64,000 nucleotides of DNA, from the NCBI GenBank assembly GCA_030704615.1, contig CM060734.1:60698001-60762000 (forward strand), written 5' to 3'. This document shows positions 22,629-34,892 of the stretch, in pieces. How positions within the stretch are numbered: position 1 is the stretch's first letter; each line of letters starts with the position of its first letter. The position numbers and the translations under genes were made by a program. Below the pieces are notes generated by a model. The model was not told the origin of the DNA and searched no databases. It saw only the letters and a list, made by a program, of their open reading frames with translations. This DNA comes from Takakia lepidozioides. Its lineage: Eukaryota; Plantae; Bryophyta.

Positions 22629-25600
22629 CACACACACACACACACACAATATATCCCTGCATAGCTTTATAAAAAGACCCAAGTGGGGTGACTGTACAAA
22701 TGGGTGTAACTCTCCCCAAGAGGAAACAACCAAAGCTCGTAGAACTAGATATATTAACATAAAGAAAAAAATCAAACTATTCTAGTATTACCTACAGCCT
22801 GAAGAAGGTCAGACAACATGAAAGATGGTGGATCAGAGAGTGCGGGGAGGCGAGATGAAGCCGCCCCAGTAACCTCTGCCCGACGTAAAATATTGAGCTT
22901 GAGCCTTTTGCAAAGCAACAGAACTCGTTGTCTAAAGAAAGCTACAAGAACAGAGGCGTATGGGCTTCCAAGGCTTTTGTTTTCTGCTGCACAATGGGCA
23001 CATGTGCGAAGGCACTCGTTGAACTGATGATGTAAACAACCAAAGATCTCGACTGCCAAAAGAAGGAATGTGTCTGTGGAATGACGTGCCCGATAGTCAT
23101 GCTCATTTCCCTGCGTAGCTACTAAAGCGACAACGCCTTGTGACGAGGCTGTGCGGGGCAGGAGATCCGACCTAGTAGCATCAGTGATGACAACGTCCGC
23201 CAATGTACGAAGTCCGTCCTGTGAGAGAACAATGTCAACCCGTCGTCGAGTGGAATGGTGATTGTGGGTTGATGGGAGTATGTGCACCTGCTCTCGAATG
23301 ACATGTATCCCAGCATCACGAGCAACCGCAGCTGCTGCATCCCGAACGACGTCATGGGTCGCAGTGCGTTCTCCACCGCAGGGGCAACGAAGAAGATGTA
23401 CGCCGAGTGAATCGAGAGGATGACGACAAACACACTGTTATGTCCTAACACAGAGGGATGCGGAAGACCTAGTCGAACTCGTAGGGAGGTGGTAAATACA
23501 GCAGAAGACATACGGAAGGGTGCAATGGTTGGTCGTACCGTGAGCCACACGCCTGCTCCGGGCCCTGCGCACGAAAGAAGTCTGGCCCGATGTGCATCTG
23601 AAAGAGCGTCGGAAAACATGCTGGCAAATGAGTATCGGTGCACGCGTTCCATGATGGTATCCTGTAAATGCTCCAGACCTTGAGTGCCCAACTGTTCAAA
23701 GGGTGGCAGACAAGCCCGTGCTGGTGTTGGGATGAGATCCCGCGCTGAACGAAGATATTGCTAGAAGGACAAAGAACCATCGTCGATGTAGGCAACCACC
23801 TCCATGAAAAAAGGACGTTGCTGACACAGAAACCGAGATGCCAAGGCTGGAGCGACTAAAGCCCAACTATCTAGGAAGGCAACAGGGGCAGTGACGATTG
23901 TGGATAGTAAACCCACTCCTCCAGAAGAGATCGGGAGGGTAGATTGACGACATGCCAAGGGCCCCTGCTCACTATCAAATGCACCTGGGCCTAATAAACG
24001 ACCAAAAATCTTCCTAACAGTCGTATCAAAAGAAGACAGAAGCTCCACAAACAGGGGAGTGGGGGGGAAACAAAAGATAAGAAGGTCGTTGTAAAAAGCA
24101 TTTAATGAGAATGCCATGGGCTACCTGCATATCGCCTAGTTTTGGAAGTAGTTCTATATGGATTGTATCTTGTAGCAAAGCGTCTTGGAGGAAAGATATT
24201 GTGTAAAGGGTAGTACCAAAGGGAACACCTAACACTCGAATACCCTCAGATGGTGCTAGAAAATCGACAGGGGGCACGAAATCTGGAGGCAAACCAGAGG
24301 GTGACCAAACTGTGGATTTGCGAGGTTGAACAGTGAGCCCAAGAAAGTGAAGTTGGGTAGCAAAGTGATGGAAAGCCAAAGGGAGGGTCAGTGATGTGGG
24401 TATCATCAGCAATAGAAGGAAATATACAGGATTGGAAGGCTTGCGCAGAGGAGCGAAGGGCTCGGAAGTGGGCAAAAGCAAAAAAAGGTCCCCCTAATGG
24501 ATCGCCTTGACGGGTTTCTACTTCGGACTGGATTATAGTAAGGTCTCCGGTACGGGTGTGATGACTGTAAAACAAAGGGGTGGAGGAAGCATAAAACAAT
24601 CTCACAAAGGGAATGAGTTGATGGTATGCGCCGCCGGCTGATCGCAGTTCTTGAAATATTGCTGATCTGAGCACCGTGTTGAAGACGTTGGTCACATCCA
24701 CCTGAAGGACGACCCAGTTTGGATGAAGGTCAAGGGAAGCCCGAATCCCACACCACCGCTTCACAATCTCCTGGAGTAGCGACCCCAAACTGATGTGGAG
24801 AAAAATGAGAAGAAAAGACCTCCCGAAACTGGATGCAGATAGAGCGGCTCACCAAACGATACAGAACCTCCCCCACTGCAATAAGACGAATCCCACCTGT
24901 GTTCTTGGACATGGCCAAGAGCCGTGCTGCTCTAAGCAAACGTGCTACTGGGGTAGGTATATCATCGCAATGAAAGAGCAAACTTGGAACAGCTGGGAAA
25001 AGCCACTAGCAGAGTCATATGGATTGAGACAGTCACGGAGGTGTTCATACACCAAATCAGACGGACCAGCTGCTGCAAGATGAGGGCTACGAGTGAATGC
25101 TTGTACGAAAGTATCGCGATCCAATTGAAGGTTCAAAGTTCAAAGTCCTCCAGAAAGGAAGGAAGGATGTCGTCCACACTGGGATGGAGATTCTCCAAAG
25201 CTGTGACAGTATCAGCCGAAGGCGGTGCTGGGGTAAAAAGAGCAAGAGCTCGAGCTGCACGGGAATACTCTCCTGCCCGGCCTTAGCATAAGACTCCGAC
25301 GAAGACGCATGTGGATGGATGGAGTTGCCTGGTGTGGGCTATCATGAGCTATTCGCGCCGCAAGTGCTTGTGCACATAGATAATGTTCGTCTTGAAGGGT
25401 TTCCCAATCCCCAGAGAGAAATCTACGAAGACGGGCACGCGTCTCTTGATGTCCGGATTCACCACCACGTGGAGGCAAAACTAGACACCATAGAGGAAGA
25501 AAAAGGTGCCAAACAACAATGTCGTAAGGGTCCTGAGCAAGGCGGTCCAAGGGTAAGCGAAAAGCATGTTGTACCTCTCTGCGAAGCGCCATTGGGATGC

Positions 25601-26530
25601 GTGTATAGAGCTGGGGACGGGGCAAACCCAAATGAAATGCTCCCAAAACATCAAGGGACGCAATCCAAAGCCATGCTTGGGCAGAAGGAGCTACTAACGG
25701 GGTAGGCAAATGACTGTCCGGAGAAGACTGATTGAGTGTAGAACACGTGTGCCGATGACGCGCAAGCCCCCTGATACGGGCAAACATCCGACCACAACCT
25801 AGACAAGGCACTCGGTCTGGTGGAGAAGATGGTGGTGCTGGTGGTGGGAGATAAGATGGAGCAAAAGAACAGGCGGTCTGATCAGGTGAACCTGTCCGCT
25901 GTCTAGAAGGAGGCAGCGAGCCAGGTGGAGAAGTAAACTCTGTGGGAGGCCGCCGTGTACCTGAAAGGCGAATTGGGGAAGGGCCACTAGCCCGTTGATT
26001 TGGAGTTGTTGTGCCTCGCTTGGGGTTGTCGGGTATCATTCTTGTAGAGCTGTGACCTTGGGTAGAGTGGGAGGGTTCACCATCAGCAACGCTTCCTCTC
26101 CTCCGTGGATGAGGGCTGCTCTGACCGGAGTGGGAGGGTGTAGCAGTACTCTTGGCCCCATTTCTACTGCTCCTAGGATTGTCTTGAAAGGAGGGACAGG
26201 GCCCACCACCAATATTGCCCCTGGCTGTACCATGGCTCTGGCGGATGTGCCTAGTGTAAGGGGCTGACCATCCTGGCGTCTAGGGTTACCTTATGTGGCA
26301 AAGAAGGGCCCACCATTATCACGCTGAAGGTTGGTGTGTGAGGAGTGGGCGGGCCCGGCACCAGCCTGCACAGCAGCTGTGTCCCGTTTAGACCCACGGT
26401 TGGGGTGTCTACCGCCTCTAGCCGCCCGCTGTCCGCCATCGGCCTCTGCCCGCTGTAGGCCATCGCTTTCCAACATCTTCACCTCTACTCTCAAAGCTCT
26501 AACTGTTTGATGTCGTCCTCTTCCAGGAAC
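22629..26530 (-). mobile_element. CRE-like non-LTR retrotransposon (C2H2 finger, RT, restriction-like endonuclease), frameshifted, near full length
   Basis: CLGCGRMFARIRGLARHRHTC; GPSD..YEHL; KNTGGIRLIAVGE; HQFGV; QVDVTNVFN; RQGDPLG; SIADD; VLGVPFG; LPISSGGVGL; GAGVWL; LRVRLGL; RRVDIV..LADVVITD; LAVEIFG. 3' end abuts (TG)n. 5' boundary approximate. Confidence 0.85.
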
Positions 26531-26915
26531 ACTCTCACCACTGAATGAAAAAGTGAACACCTACACAGGGATTTGGGTAGTCAGGTAAGGGCCTGATGCT
26601 GCACCCAATCTGTGATTGCACCTGGTGTGCTCTCTGCACCACCAGGGGCAGTGACGACTGTGGATAGTAAACCCACTCCTCCAAGGAATATGTGATGTAC
26701 TCCTTCTTGTGGGATGGATTATGTCTTACACAGAAATGTCGCGGTCTTACAGCAAAGGAACCTAGAGACAGAGAGAGAGAGAGTGAGAGAGTACTTACAT
26801 GTCTTTGGGCGGCAGCTATTGTCATACTCTTCTGCATTGTAGCGACCTTCTTCTTCTTCGCAATTTGGCCCCCGGAAGCAGTTGAGCACGCCCTGCACCA
26901 TCACTTCACTTTCAA

Positions 26916-27461
26916 TCTTTAGACCCAAGCCCTTTTGCCCAGACCTACCAGCAGCGTTTAATCGAAGGCCAGGCTTGAGACTTTCCTGTCAGCTTTTTAC
27001 GATGAGGATCCTGTCAAGATTATTGCTAGGAACCTAGCCCCGACATTGTCATGGTGGAGGGCTTGGCCCCCAACTAAGCTGTAAAAAAAGGGACACAAAC
27101 TTAGGGCCATGGAGCAGATTGGAAGGTGCTGCCATCACACGAGTCTGCTCCAGCAGAATCTACCTTTGAAGATGAAATTGATTTTGAGATTTGCCACTAT
27201 ACTCAACTTACTGTTTGTCAAGCTTCCTACATACTCATTCTCAAGAGTTTGAACATGAGGGTGCAACAGCAGTGACGGGAAAAAGAGCAACTATTATGTA
27301 CTAAGACATGAGAAGGCCAAGGGAGAGGGGGTTAACCCGCTCCTGTTGCGTTTTCGCTTGTTTGGGCTTCTACGAGGTGGAAGGGACAGTTGCCAGCAAT
27401 CAAAACCCATGATCTTTGAATGAACTTGAGGACAAATGATGTTCCGCACTGAAAGCTCACA
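26916..27461. repeat. Dispersed repeat, copy 2 of 1742-2261
   Basis: Direct alignment by eye; lies just upstream of the PPR ORF. Confidence 0.9.
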
Positions 27462-27684
27462 CTTTTCTTGTCACTTAGCATCCCACCGCTCTCTTTGAGA
27501 TCTTATGGAGGATGAAGGACATCTTGGTCCACACTGAATTCTTCCAATGCATCACTGGATGTCGTATGCCCTAATCAATAACTCCCGGGGCTACTTACTT
27601 GTCTAGCTCAAAGCACCAAACTGTTGTTGTGCGTGCATCTGATGCCTTGTGCAACACAACGATGACGAAGAAGAAGAAGAAGAA

Positions 27685-30051
27685 ATGAACATCGTACTGC
27701 TTCTCCAGGTAGGATGCTCACTGCCCAAGACACGAAACTCAAGGCATTCCTTTTTATTATGCAAGGTGCTGGAGGGTCAAGTGTGGGATCAGAGCCAGTT
27801 GTGTGTTGGACATCACAGTCGGGGCAAGGGTATGAGACTTGGCACGGCTGCCATCACAACTGCTTCAAATGCTGGGCGAAGCCGACAAGGAGAAGTCGAA
27901 AGCTGGAACAAGGATCTTTGTGGAACGAACGGGGATGTGTACAGATTGTGCAGGGAGGAACGATTGGAAGAGGCACTGCACATTTTGGACCTCGCGAAGC
28001 AACGAGGCGTCCGGGCATACTTCGAAACATGCAGCCGTCTCTTGCAGGGTTGTGGTAAGACTAAAGCCCTGGCAGTTGCTAAAGCCATCCACGCCCAAAT
28101 CACCAACAGTGGAATCCAACCGGATATTTTCCTGAGAACTACCCTCGTCAGCACGTATTGCAAGTGCGGGAGTGTCGAGGATGCGCGCGAAGTGTTCAAC
28201 AAAATGCCCGAACGGAACGTTATCTCATGGACTGCGATAATTGCAGGACTTGCCCTGGAAGGGCACAGTGCAGAGGCCTTTGAAGTCTTTGGGCAAATGC
28301 GACGAGAATGCATGGAGCCTGACAAAGTCACTTTCATCAGCATCTTGAAAGCCTGTGTCAGCCCAGCAGCTCTGGAACAGGGAAGGAGGTTCCATGCAGA
28401 CATCATCAAAGCTGGATTTGAGACAGATATCGTGGTGGCAACTGCCCTTGTCAGCATGTATTGCAAGTGCGGAAGTGTGATGGATGCGCACCGAGTGTTC
28501 AATCAAATGCGGAAACGAGACGTGATCGCATGGAATGCGATGATTGGAGGATTAGCTCAGCAGGGGCATGGTGAAGAGGCCTTTGAACTCTTTGAAACAA
28601 TGCAACTCAAAGGCTTGAAGGCAGATAAAGCTACTTTTATTGGCATCCTGAAGGCTTGTGTCAGCCCAACATCTCTGAAGCAGGCCAAGTGGCTCCATGC
28701 GGCCATCAACACGGCTGGATTTGAGTCGGATGTCCGAGTGGGGAATGCACTTGTCAGTATGTATCGCAAGTGTGGCAGTGTGGCGGATGCCCGCCAAGTT
28801 TTTGGCGAAATGCTCAACAAAGATGTGGTCTCCTGGACTGAGATGATTGCAGGATTTACCCAACATGGGCATGCTGCAGAGGCGGTCGAAGTCTTTCGGC
28901 AGATGCAACGCGAAGGCTTGAAACCTGACAAGGTCGCCTTTATTGGCATCCTCCACGCATGCGCGGGCCTAGCAGCCCTGGGAGAGGGCAAGTGTGTTCA
29001 TGCCCAGATTATCAAATCTGGTTTCGAGTCAGATACCTGGGTGGCGAGTGCACTTGTAAATATGTACGCGAAGTGTGGGAATGTACAGGATGCACGGCAA
29101 GTGTTTGACGACATTCTTGAACGAGACGTGGTGTTGTGGAATGCTGTTATTGTTGGTTATGCCCAGCATGGGCTCAGTAAGGAGGCTTTGCAACTGTTTG
29201 AGCAGATGCTACAGGAAGGGGTGCAGCCAGACTATGTAACGTTTATTGGTGTTCTCTCTGCATGCAGCCATGTGGGTCTCGTGGAAGAAGGCTGTCACTA
29301 TTTCCGATCGATGAGACGAGATCATGGCATCACACCTAGGAGGGAGCACTATGGCTGTGTAATTGACCTTCTTGGCCGGGCAGGGCGCTTAGATGAGGCA
29401 GAGGACTTCATCAACGGAATGCCATTTGAACCACATGCTGCAGAGTGGGGGGCCTTGCTTGGTGCCTGCAGAATCCATGGCAATGTGAAGCTTGCTGAAC
29501 GTGCTGGAGCTGGTCTCCTGAAGCTGAAACCACAAAATGCGGGGGTGTATGTGCTGCTCTCAAACATATATTCTATGGCTGGCAAGTGGGATGATGTAGC
29601 AAAGGTGAGAAAAGCAATGGAGGACAGAGGTGTGAAAAAGGAGCAAGGGCGCAGCTGGATTGAGGTCAATAACAGGGTACATACTTTTGTTACAGAAGAC
29701 AGAGCACACCCACAAACAGAGGAGATCTATGTTGAGTTGGGGAGATTGTTTAGGCAGATGAAGGAGGCAGGATATGTGCCAGACACGCGCTTCGTCTTGC
29801 ATGATGTGGATCAGAAGACAAAGGCACAGGCTCTCTGCCACCACAGCGAAAAGCTGGCCATTGCTTTTGGACTCATCAGTACACCCCCCGGGACAACCAT
29901 CCGCATAATCAAGAACCTTCGCGTGTGTGGGGATTGTCATATGGCCACGAAGTTCATCTCCAAGATAGTTGGGCGAGAAATTGTTACAAGGGATGCCAAC
30001 CGTTTTCATCACTTCAAGCAGGGGGTGTGTTCTTGTGGGGACTACTGGTGA
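27685..30051 (+). CDS. PLS-class PPR protein with E and DYW cytidine-deaminase domains (organellar C-to-U editing factor)
   Basis: Uninterrupted ORF with (L-S-P)n repeats, P2-L2-S2, E1/E2, QGRSWIEV box, HSEKLA, CGDCH, CSCGDYW*. Start uncertain (in-frame ATGs at 27685 and 27832). Confidence 0.95.
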   Translation: MNIVLLLQVGCSLPKTRNSRHSFLLCKVLEGQVWDQSQLCVGHHSRGKGMRLGTAAITTASNAGRSRQGEVESWNKDLCGTNGDVYRLCREERLEEALHILDLAKQRGVRAYFETCSRLLQGCGKTKALAVAKAIHAQITNSGIQPDIFLRTTLVSTYCKCGSVEDAREVFNKMPERNVISWTAIIAGLALEGHSAEAFEVFGQMRRECMEPDKVTFISILKACVSPAALEQGRRFHADIIKAGFETDIVVATALVSMYCKCGSVMDAHRVFNQMRKRDVIAWNAMIGGLAQQGHGEEAFELFETMQLKGLKADKATFIGILKACVSPTSLKQAKWLHAAINTAGFESDVRVGNALVSMYRKCGSVADARQVFGEMLNKDVVSWTEMIAGFTQHGHAAEAVEVFRQMQREGLKPDKVAFIGILHACAGLAALGEGKCVHAQIIKSGFESDTWVASALVNMYAKCGNVQDARQVFDDILERDVVLWNAVIVGYAQHGLSKEALQLFEQMLQEGVQPDYVTFIGVLSACSHVGLVEEGCHYFRSMRRDHGITPRREHYGCVIDLLGRAGRLDEAEDFINGMPFEPHAAEWGALLGACRIHGNVKLAERAGAGLLKLKPQNAGVYVLLSNIYSMAGKWDDVAKVRKAMEDRGVKKEQGRSWIEVNNRVHTFVTEDRAHPQTEEIYVELGRLFRQMKEAGYVPDTRFVLHDVDQKTKAQALCHHSEKLAIAFGLISTPPGTTIRIIKNLRVCGDCHMATKFISKIVGREIVTRDANRFHHFKQGVCSCGDYW

Positions 30052-30061
30052 TGTTAAGAGA

Positions 30062-33000
30062 TTGTACTCATAAGACATTGTTTGCCGTAGCCTTGTGGCC
30101 ATTGACCCCGCGCCCAGTTTGAACGGAACATAAAGGGACAGAAACTACCTTTGTCAGGGGCTGACGCCGGTAGTATGATTTACCTTGGAATAAACAGTTG
30201 ATCCGAGATTTCCAGATATCCTCCAGAAATCCCTTCACACAAGCATCAATCTGATGTGTGTGATTTGCCCAATAGCTAGACCCCAAAAGGGCCTGGGCTT
30301 TTGGCTCAGCCTCAAGATTTTCAAAGTTGTTAAACAGAGGTACAGGCACAATTTCCTTGATGGAATTGAAGAGGGTGTCCCGTTGGTGAGAGTACCCAGG
30401 ACAATGAATCAGGAAGTGAATATTGTCTTCAGGTTGCCCACACAACGGGCACTTACAATCCCCCTTTCCTCTCTGCGACTGTTTGTTGTTCAAAGGTAGG
30501 CTACCCGCCCTGAGTTTGAATTTCAGTCTAGTGCCGAGGGTGGGTAGACCCTTGAGGTCATCCATGATGGCCTCACCCGTGTCACAGACTGGAAACAGGT
30601 TCAGGGAAGTTCTCTGCCTAACTTCATTTTCTTCAGACAATTTCCTGGCAATAGACATGGCTTTGGAAACTTCAGCTTCTAAGCCAGATTTATCCAGCAG
30701 GGTCATGGCTAGTGGACTAAGATTCAGATCCTTGAAAATCTCTTCTACCCTTTTCCGCCAGGATTTAGCCTGTTTGACAGGGCGGTCCTGCTTCCAAGAT
30801 ATAGAGTCGATTAACTTAGGATATCTGGTATTAGCCATACGTTGCAGCTGACCCCACCATCTGATTTTGAATTCATCGCGTCGAGAGCTTAAGGGAGGAA
30901 TGCCAAACCCACCCCGAACAGCCACATTAGCTGTTTTGGAGCATGCTGACATGCACTCCTTGAGCACCCCGACTTGGATGGATTCAAGAGACTTAGCCTG
31001 GTTGGAGTTATCAACCCATACAGCAGATGCATACTCCAAGGCCAGCCTGATAACGCGACAAAGCATGGTTGTTTTGACTTCAGAGTTGATCCCTCTGCAG
31101 TGAAAAAATTTAGTGAGACCCAGCGCTTTGCGTTTGCCAGATTGAACCACTCTTTGAATATGTGCTTCCCAATTACAGTTGGAGGAAAACTCAACGCCAA
31201 GATAGGTGTAGGAGGGGAGAACAGGGATCTCTTGGCTTCCCCACTGCCACTTGAGGTCGCCTCCTCCTTCCCCCCGGTCGTTGAATGCCACCACTGCGCA
31301 TTTACTGACATTGGCCTCTAGCCCCCAAAGATCAAAGTATCTCTTCGCGCAATCTATCAGCCCCTGGAGGTTGGAAGGAGTCTCCCCTATGCCTGCGAAG
31401 TCATCCGCAAACATAAGGGCTGGTATGGTAGCATCACCCACCCTTAGCCCAAATCCCTCACTTTCCACATCCTCCAGTAGTTGATTGATGAAAACATTGA
31501 AGAGCAGAGGGGAGAGGGTACATCCTTGAGCTACACCTTGGTCTATGTCAAAGAAATTAGACTTCTGTCCATTAACAGTGACACAGCTTTGAGTGTGAGC
31601 ATACAAGTTATGGACCACTCTCCACATCTTTCCCTTGATCCCGGAAGACCAGAGTCGGAGCCATAGACCGTCTCTCCACACAGTGTCATAGGCCTTTTTG
31701 ACATCCAGGGAAAAGACAAAAGTAGGTTTCCCTTCTTTTTTCCTTCCCTGGATAATCTGGCTGAGTGTGAAGATATGATCCACGCAGCCCCTGTTTCGCC
31801 AAAAGCCAGCTCGGCCTTCATGGAAACAACCTCTGGACTCCAGATCAACCTCGAGACGAGTACTTATAACTCTACAGAATATTTTGCCAACCGCATTAAG
31901 AAGCGTGATGCCCCGATAGTTACCCGGCTCTTCTCTGTCACCTCTCTTATATAAATTGACAATGACCCCCTGCCGCCATCGAAAGGGGGTAATTTCAGTC
32001 CTCCATATAAGGTTAAAGAGAAGAACAAGGGCCTCTATCATAGGGTCACCACCATGCTTGATAAGCTCATTGACAATGCCATCAGGGCCACCAGCTTTGT
32101 GTCCGTTTAGATGCTCAATTGCTTCCGCAATCTCAGAGGAACTAATGGGAGCGTTATAAGCCTTTGAAATATACTCCAGTTCATCAGGGCTGTCTTGAAT
32201 CATAGACACAGTTCTTTCTACTGTGTCATTCCATTCTTCAGAAAACCCCTCGCTGCTAGAACTAGAATTTCTGCCAAGTGTACTGTAGTGGGTTTCAAAG
32301 GTGTTGACAATGTCAGCCGTTGAAGTCACCACTGCACCCTTAGGGGTCCTCAGCGCTTGTACTTGCTGACAATTTTTCGGCTTGTACAGACGTTGAAGGG
32401 CCAACAGTATTTCTTGTCATTACCACCGTGGTGGTTTGAATTTATTTCCCCGTATAACTTATCCCAATATAGTTTCTTCTGAGACCTTACAAGCTGATTG
32501 ATATCTTTGCAGAGCTGGTAGTACCTAACGCAAAGGTCATTATTGACTTTCATTCTGCAGCACTCTTTATAGAGGGCTCGGCTCTCGGCAATCTTGAGTT
32601 TGACCTCATTGGTCCACCAATTAACAGCTCTACCACAGACAATTAGTTTCCTCCCAATGATCTTTTCAGCCACAGAAGAGACGAAACTCTCCCAAGAGTC
32701 CACCGCTCTTTCGACTTCATTTCTTGCATTGCCAGCGCGAGATTGAAGGTCTTGGAGCGAATGGACAAAGTTGGGCAGAGCCTCTTGCAAGGCCTGGACA
32801 TACTCAGCCTTGACCTCTTCATTTCGGAATTTTTCAATGCGCCACTTCTGGATCGAACGTTTCACAGATCTCTTGGTGTTGGGGAAACACCTTTTGATCT
32901 CAGTCCAAACCAGAAAGTGGTCAGAGGTACCAATATCAGTTCTGTCAATTAACACATTGGCACACTGGGGAAACAGATTCTTGTCCACTATGATGTAATC

Positions 33001-34892
33001 CACAATGGATGGTTCCCCATTTTGGGCTTTCTCACAGGTCCACTGCATCTGGTCACCTTTTGACCTATTGTTCAGGGTCGAAAGCTGAAGCTCTTCCAGA
33101 CAGTTAATTAACCGTGTTCCATTAGAGTTCAGCTCGTCCTCACCAAAAGGTCCGATGATATCATCCTGGTGAAGACCTTTACCCACCCGGGCATTGAAGT
33201 CACCCAATAAGACCACCTGACCCTTGGCAAGGAACTTAGCACAGTCCAGCTTTACGTCTTCGAAGGCTTTATCTGCGTGAGCACTTACTACAAGTACATG
33301 TTAGGTACCAGGGATAACAGCACCACCATGGTGGTGATGCGTTGCGCACAGATCGTGTTGTTACCTGGAACTTTCATAGAACTAAGGGTCCCCTCTGTGG
33401 GCATGTAAACACGGCCCACAAGGAGGTCCTTCCTACTCACGCTGCCCTTCAATTTCACTTTCAGTCAGATACTGTGCTCATACCGCAAATCCTTGTTGAT
33501 AATTTCACAATTGTCACACAAGAAATCTCGGACAAAGAAGCCAACACCTTTTTGCCCACACTTGGCAGAGGTCGCCTTAAGCGCACACATCTTGCCAAAC
33601 CAACAGTAGCCGTTGACATGTCCAACCAGTTTGTCCGAAGTTTCCCATGTCTCTTGCCCAGCACAGATATGAATACCATTTGACTGAAGAACTTGTCCCA
33701 CTTCAAATTGTTTCCTTTGGTTAGTCAACCCCGAGAAGTTGAAAGTGCCCAGCCGCAAGCCAGCCTTTTGCATATGGATTGTTTGCCGTCTAGGGAGCCT
33801 ATGATTGCTCCTGGACGACCAACCACATAGGGCCTGCAGTAAACAACATACTTGGCCTAGAGCCCAATGGCTGGCACACCATATGACCTCCTACATAAAG
33901 ATTCAGAGTGCCAAATCCTTCAGGCGAAGATTTAATTCTTCTAGAGTAAACCTTAAGGATTGGCAAACCATTCAGAGTGCCAAATCCTTCAGGCGAAGAT
34001 TTAATTTTTCTAGAGTAAACCTTAAGGATTGGCAATCCATTCAGAGTGCCAAATCCTTCAGGTTCCTGACGCTCAGCCTCAGCACACATAGGGCCAACTA
34101 ACCTGTCTGGCTGCTTGGTATCAATCTCTTCCAGGGCTTCAAACCGGTTAGAAACTTTCAAGTTGAAGTCCCCACACTTGACTGTCTTCCTAGAGCGCCT
34201 CATTGAATCACCAATGTCTAAGACCGCCCTCCAACCAGTCAAGGGGCGAATTTCTTTGAAGCTGATTTGATGTGGGATTCTATTTGTAGCAGATTTAGGC
34301 AATGAAACCTTCAAAGTACCTCTGTTATCCAATCTTGAGATGGTGCCATTAGCCATATAATCCAAGCCTAAGCTGGAGCAGGTAGTTTTAAAGGACACAT
34401 CGTCCATCCTGGGATTCACCCCAAAAACTACACATGAAGCTCTAGATTTGGCATAAGTAACCATTTCCCAGGAATCACCCTGAGTAGTGTTATTATCGGA
34501 GCGGCCAAATATTTTTTCTGTATTCGCAGGCTGTAAGTTTAAGCACAAGGACCAACCCTAGCCCAAGTGCCGAGCATGCTAGACAGAGCATGCAACTGCC
34601 CATTTTGGGCGGAGGGGCTGCCCCCAAGCGGTAGGGGTCCGCTTGTTACCATTCAGAGATCATCACTCCAAAGGAGCTGCAGGGAATGGCCTGCGTAGGC
34701 ATGTTCTAAAGAGGGAGAGGCCCCAGACTCTCCAACTAAATCCAATGTACTACCTTACCCAAAGCAGAGTGCTTCAGGTCAAAACAAACCAAGACACGAG
34801 GTCGCAAGGCCGGCATTTAGTCACAGAGACATTTATCTACTCCCATTTCAAGTCCACCCAATGTCGATAGGCTTCCTAGAGGGCAGGGAGAG
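30062..34892 (-). mobile_element. Full-length RTE-superfamily (RTEX-like) LINE with 15-bp TSD
   Basis: GGTGATGTTAAGAGA at 30047-30061 and 34893-34907; ORF1 33799-34548; ORF2 33773-30068 in pieces: GTFNFSG, QETW, LLGDFNARVG, IVDYI, SDH, KAGGPDG, NYRGITL, QGCTLSP, FADD, C-terminal CPLC..EDNIHFLIHCPGY. Confidence 0.92.
33901..34062. repeat. In-frame 69-bp tandem repeat (~2.3 units) in LINE ORF1
   Basis: Encodes PEGFGTLNGLPILKVYSR(K/R)IKSS twice plus PEGFGTLN. Confidence 0.95.

Noticed and set aside
27813-30102. Long antisense ORFs over the PPR gene (similar ones over the LINEs and bZIP)
   Set aside because: Shadow frames of the real coding strand.
33308-33322. CAGGGATAACAG resembling an LSU rRNA / I-SceI site core
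   Set aside because: 12-nt match only, no flanking rRNA similarity.
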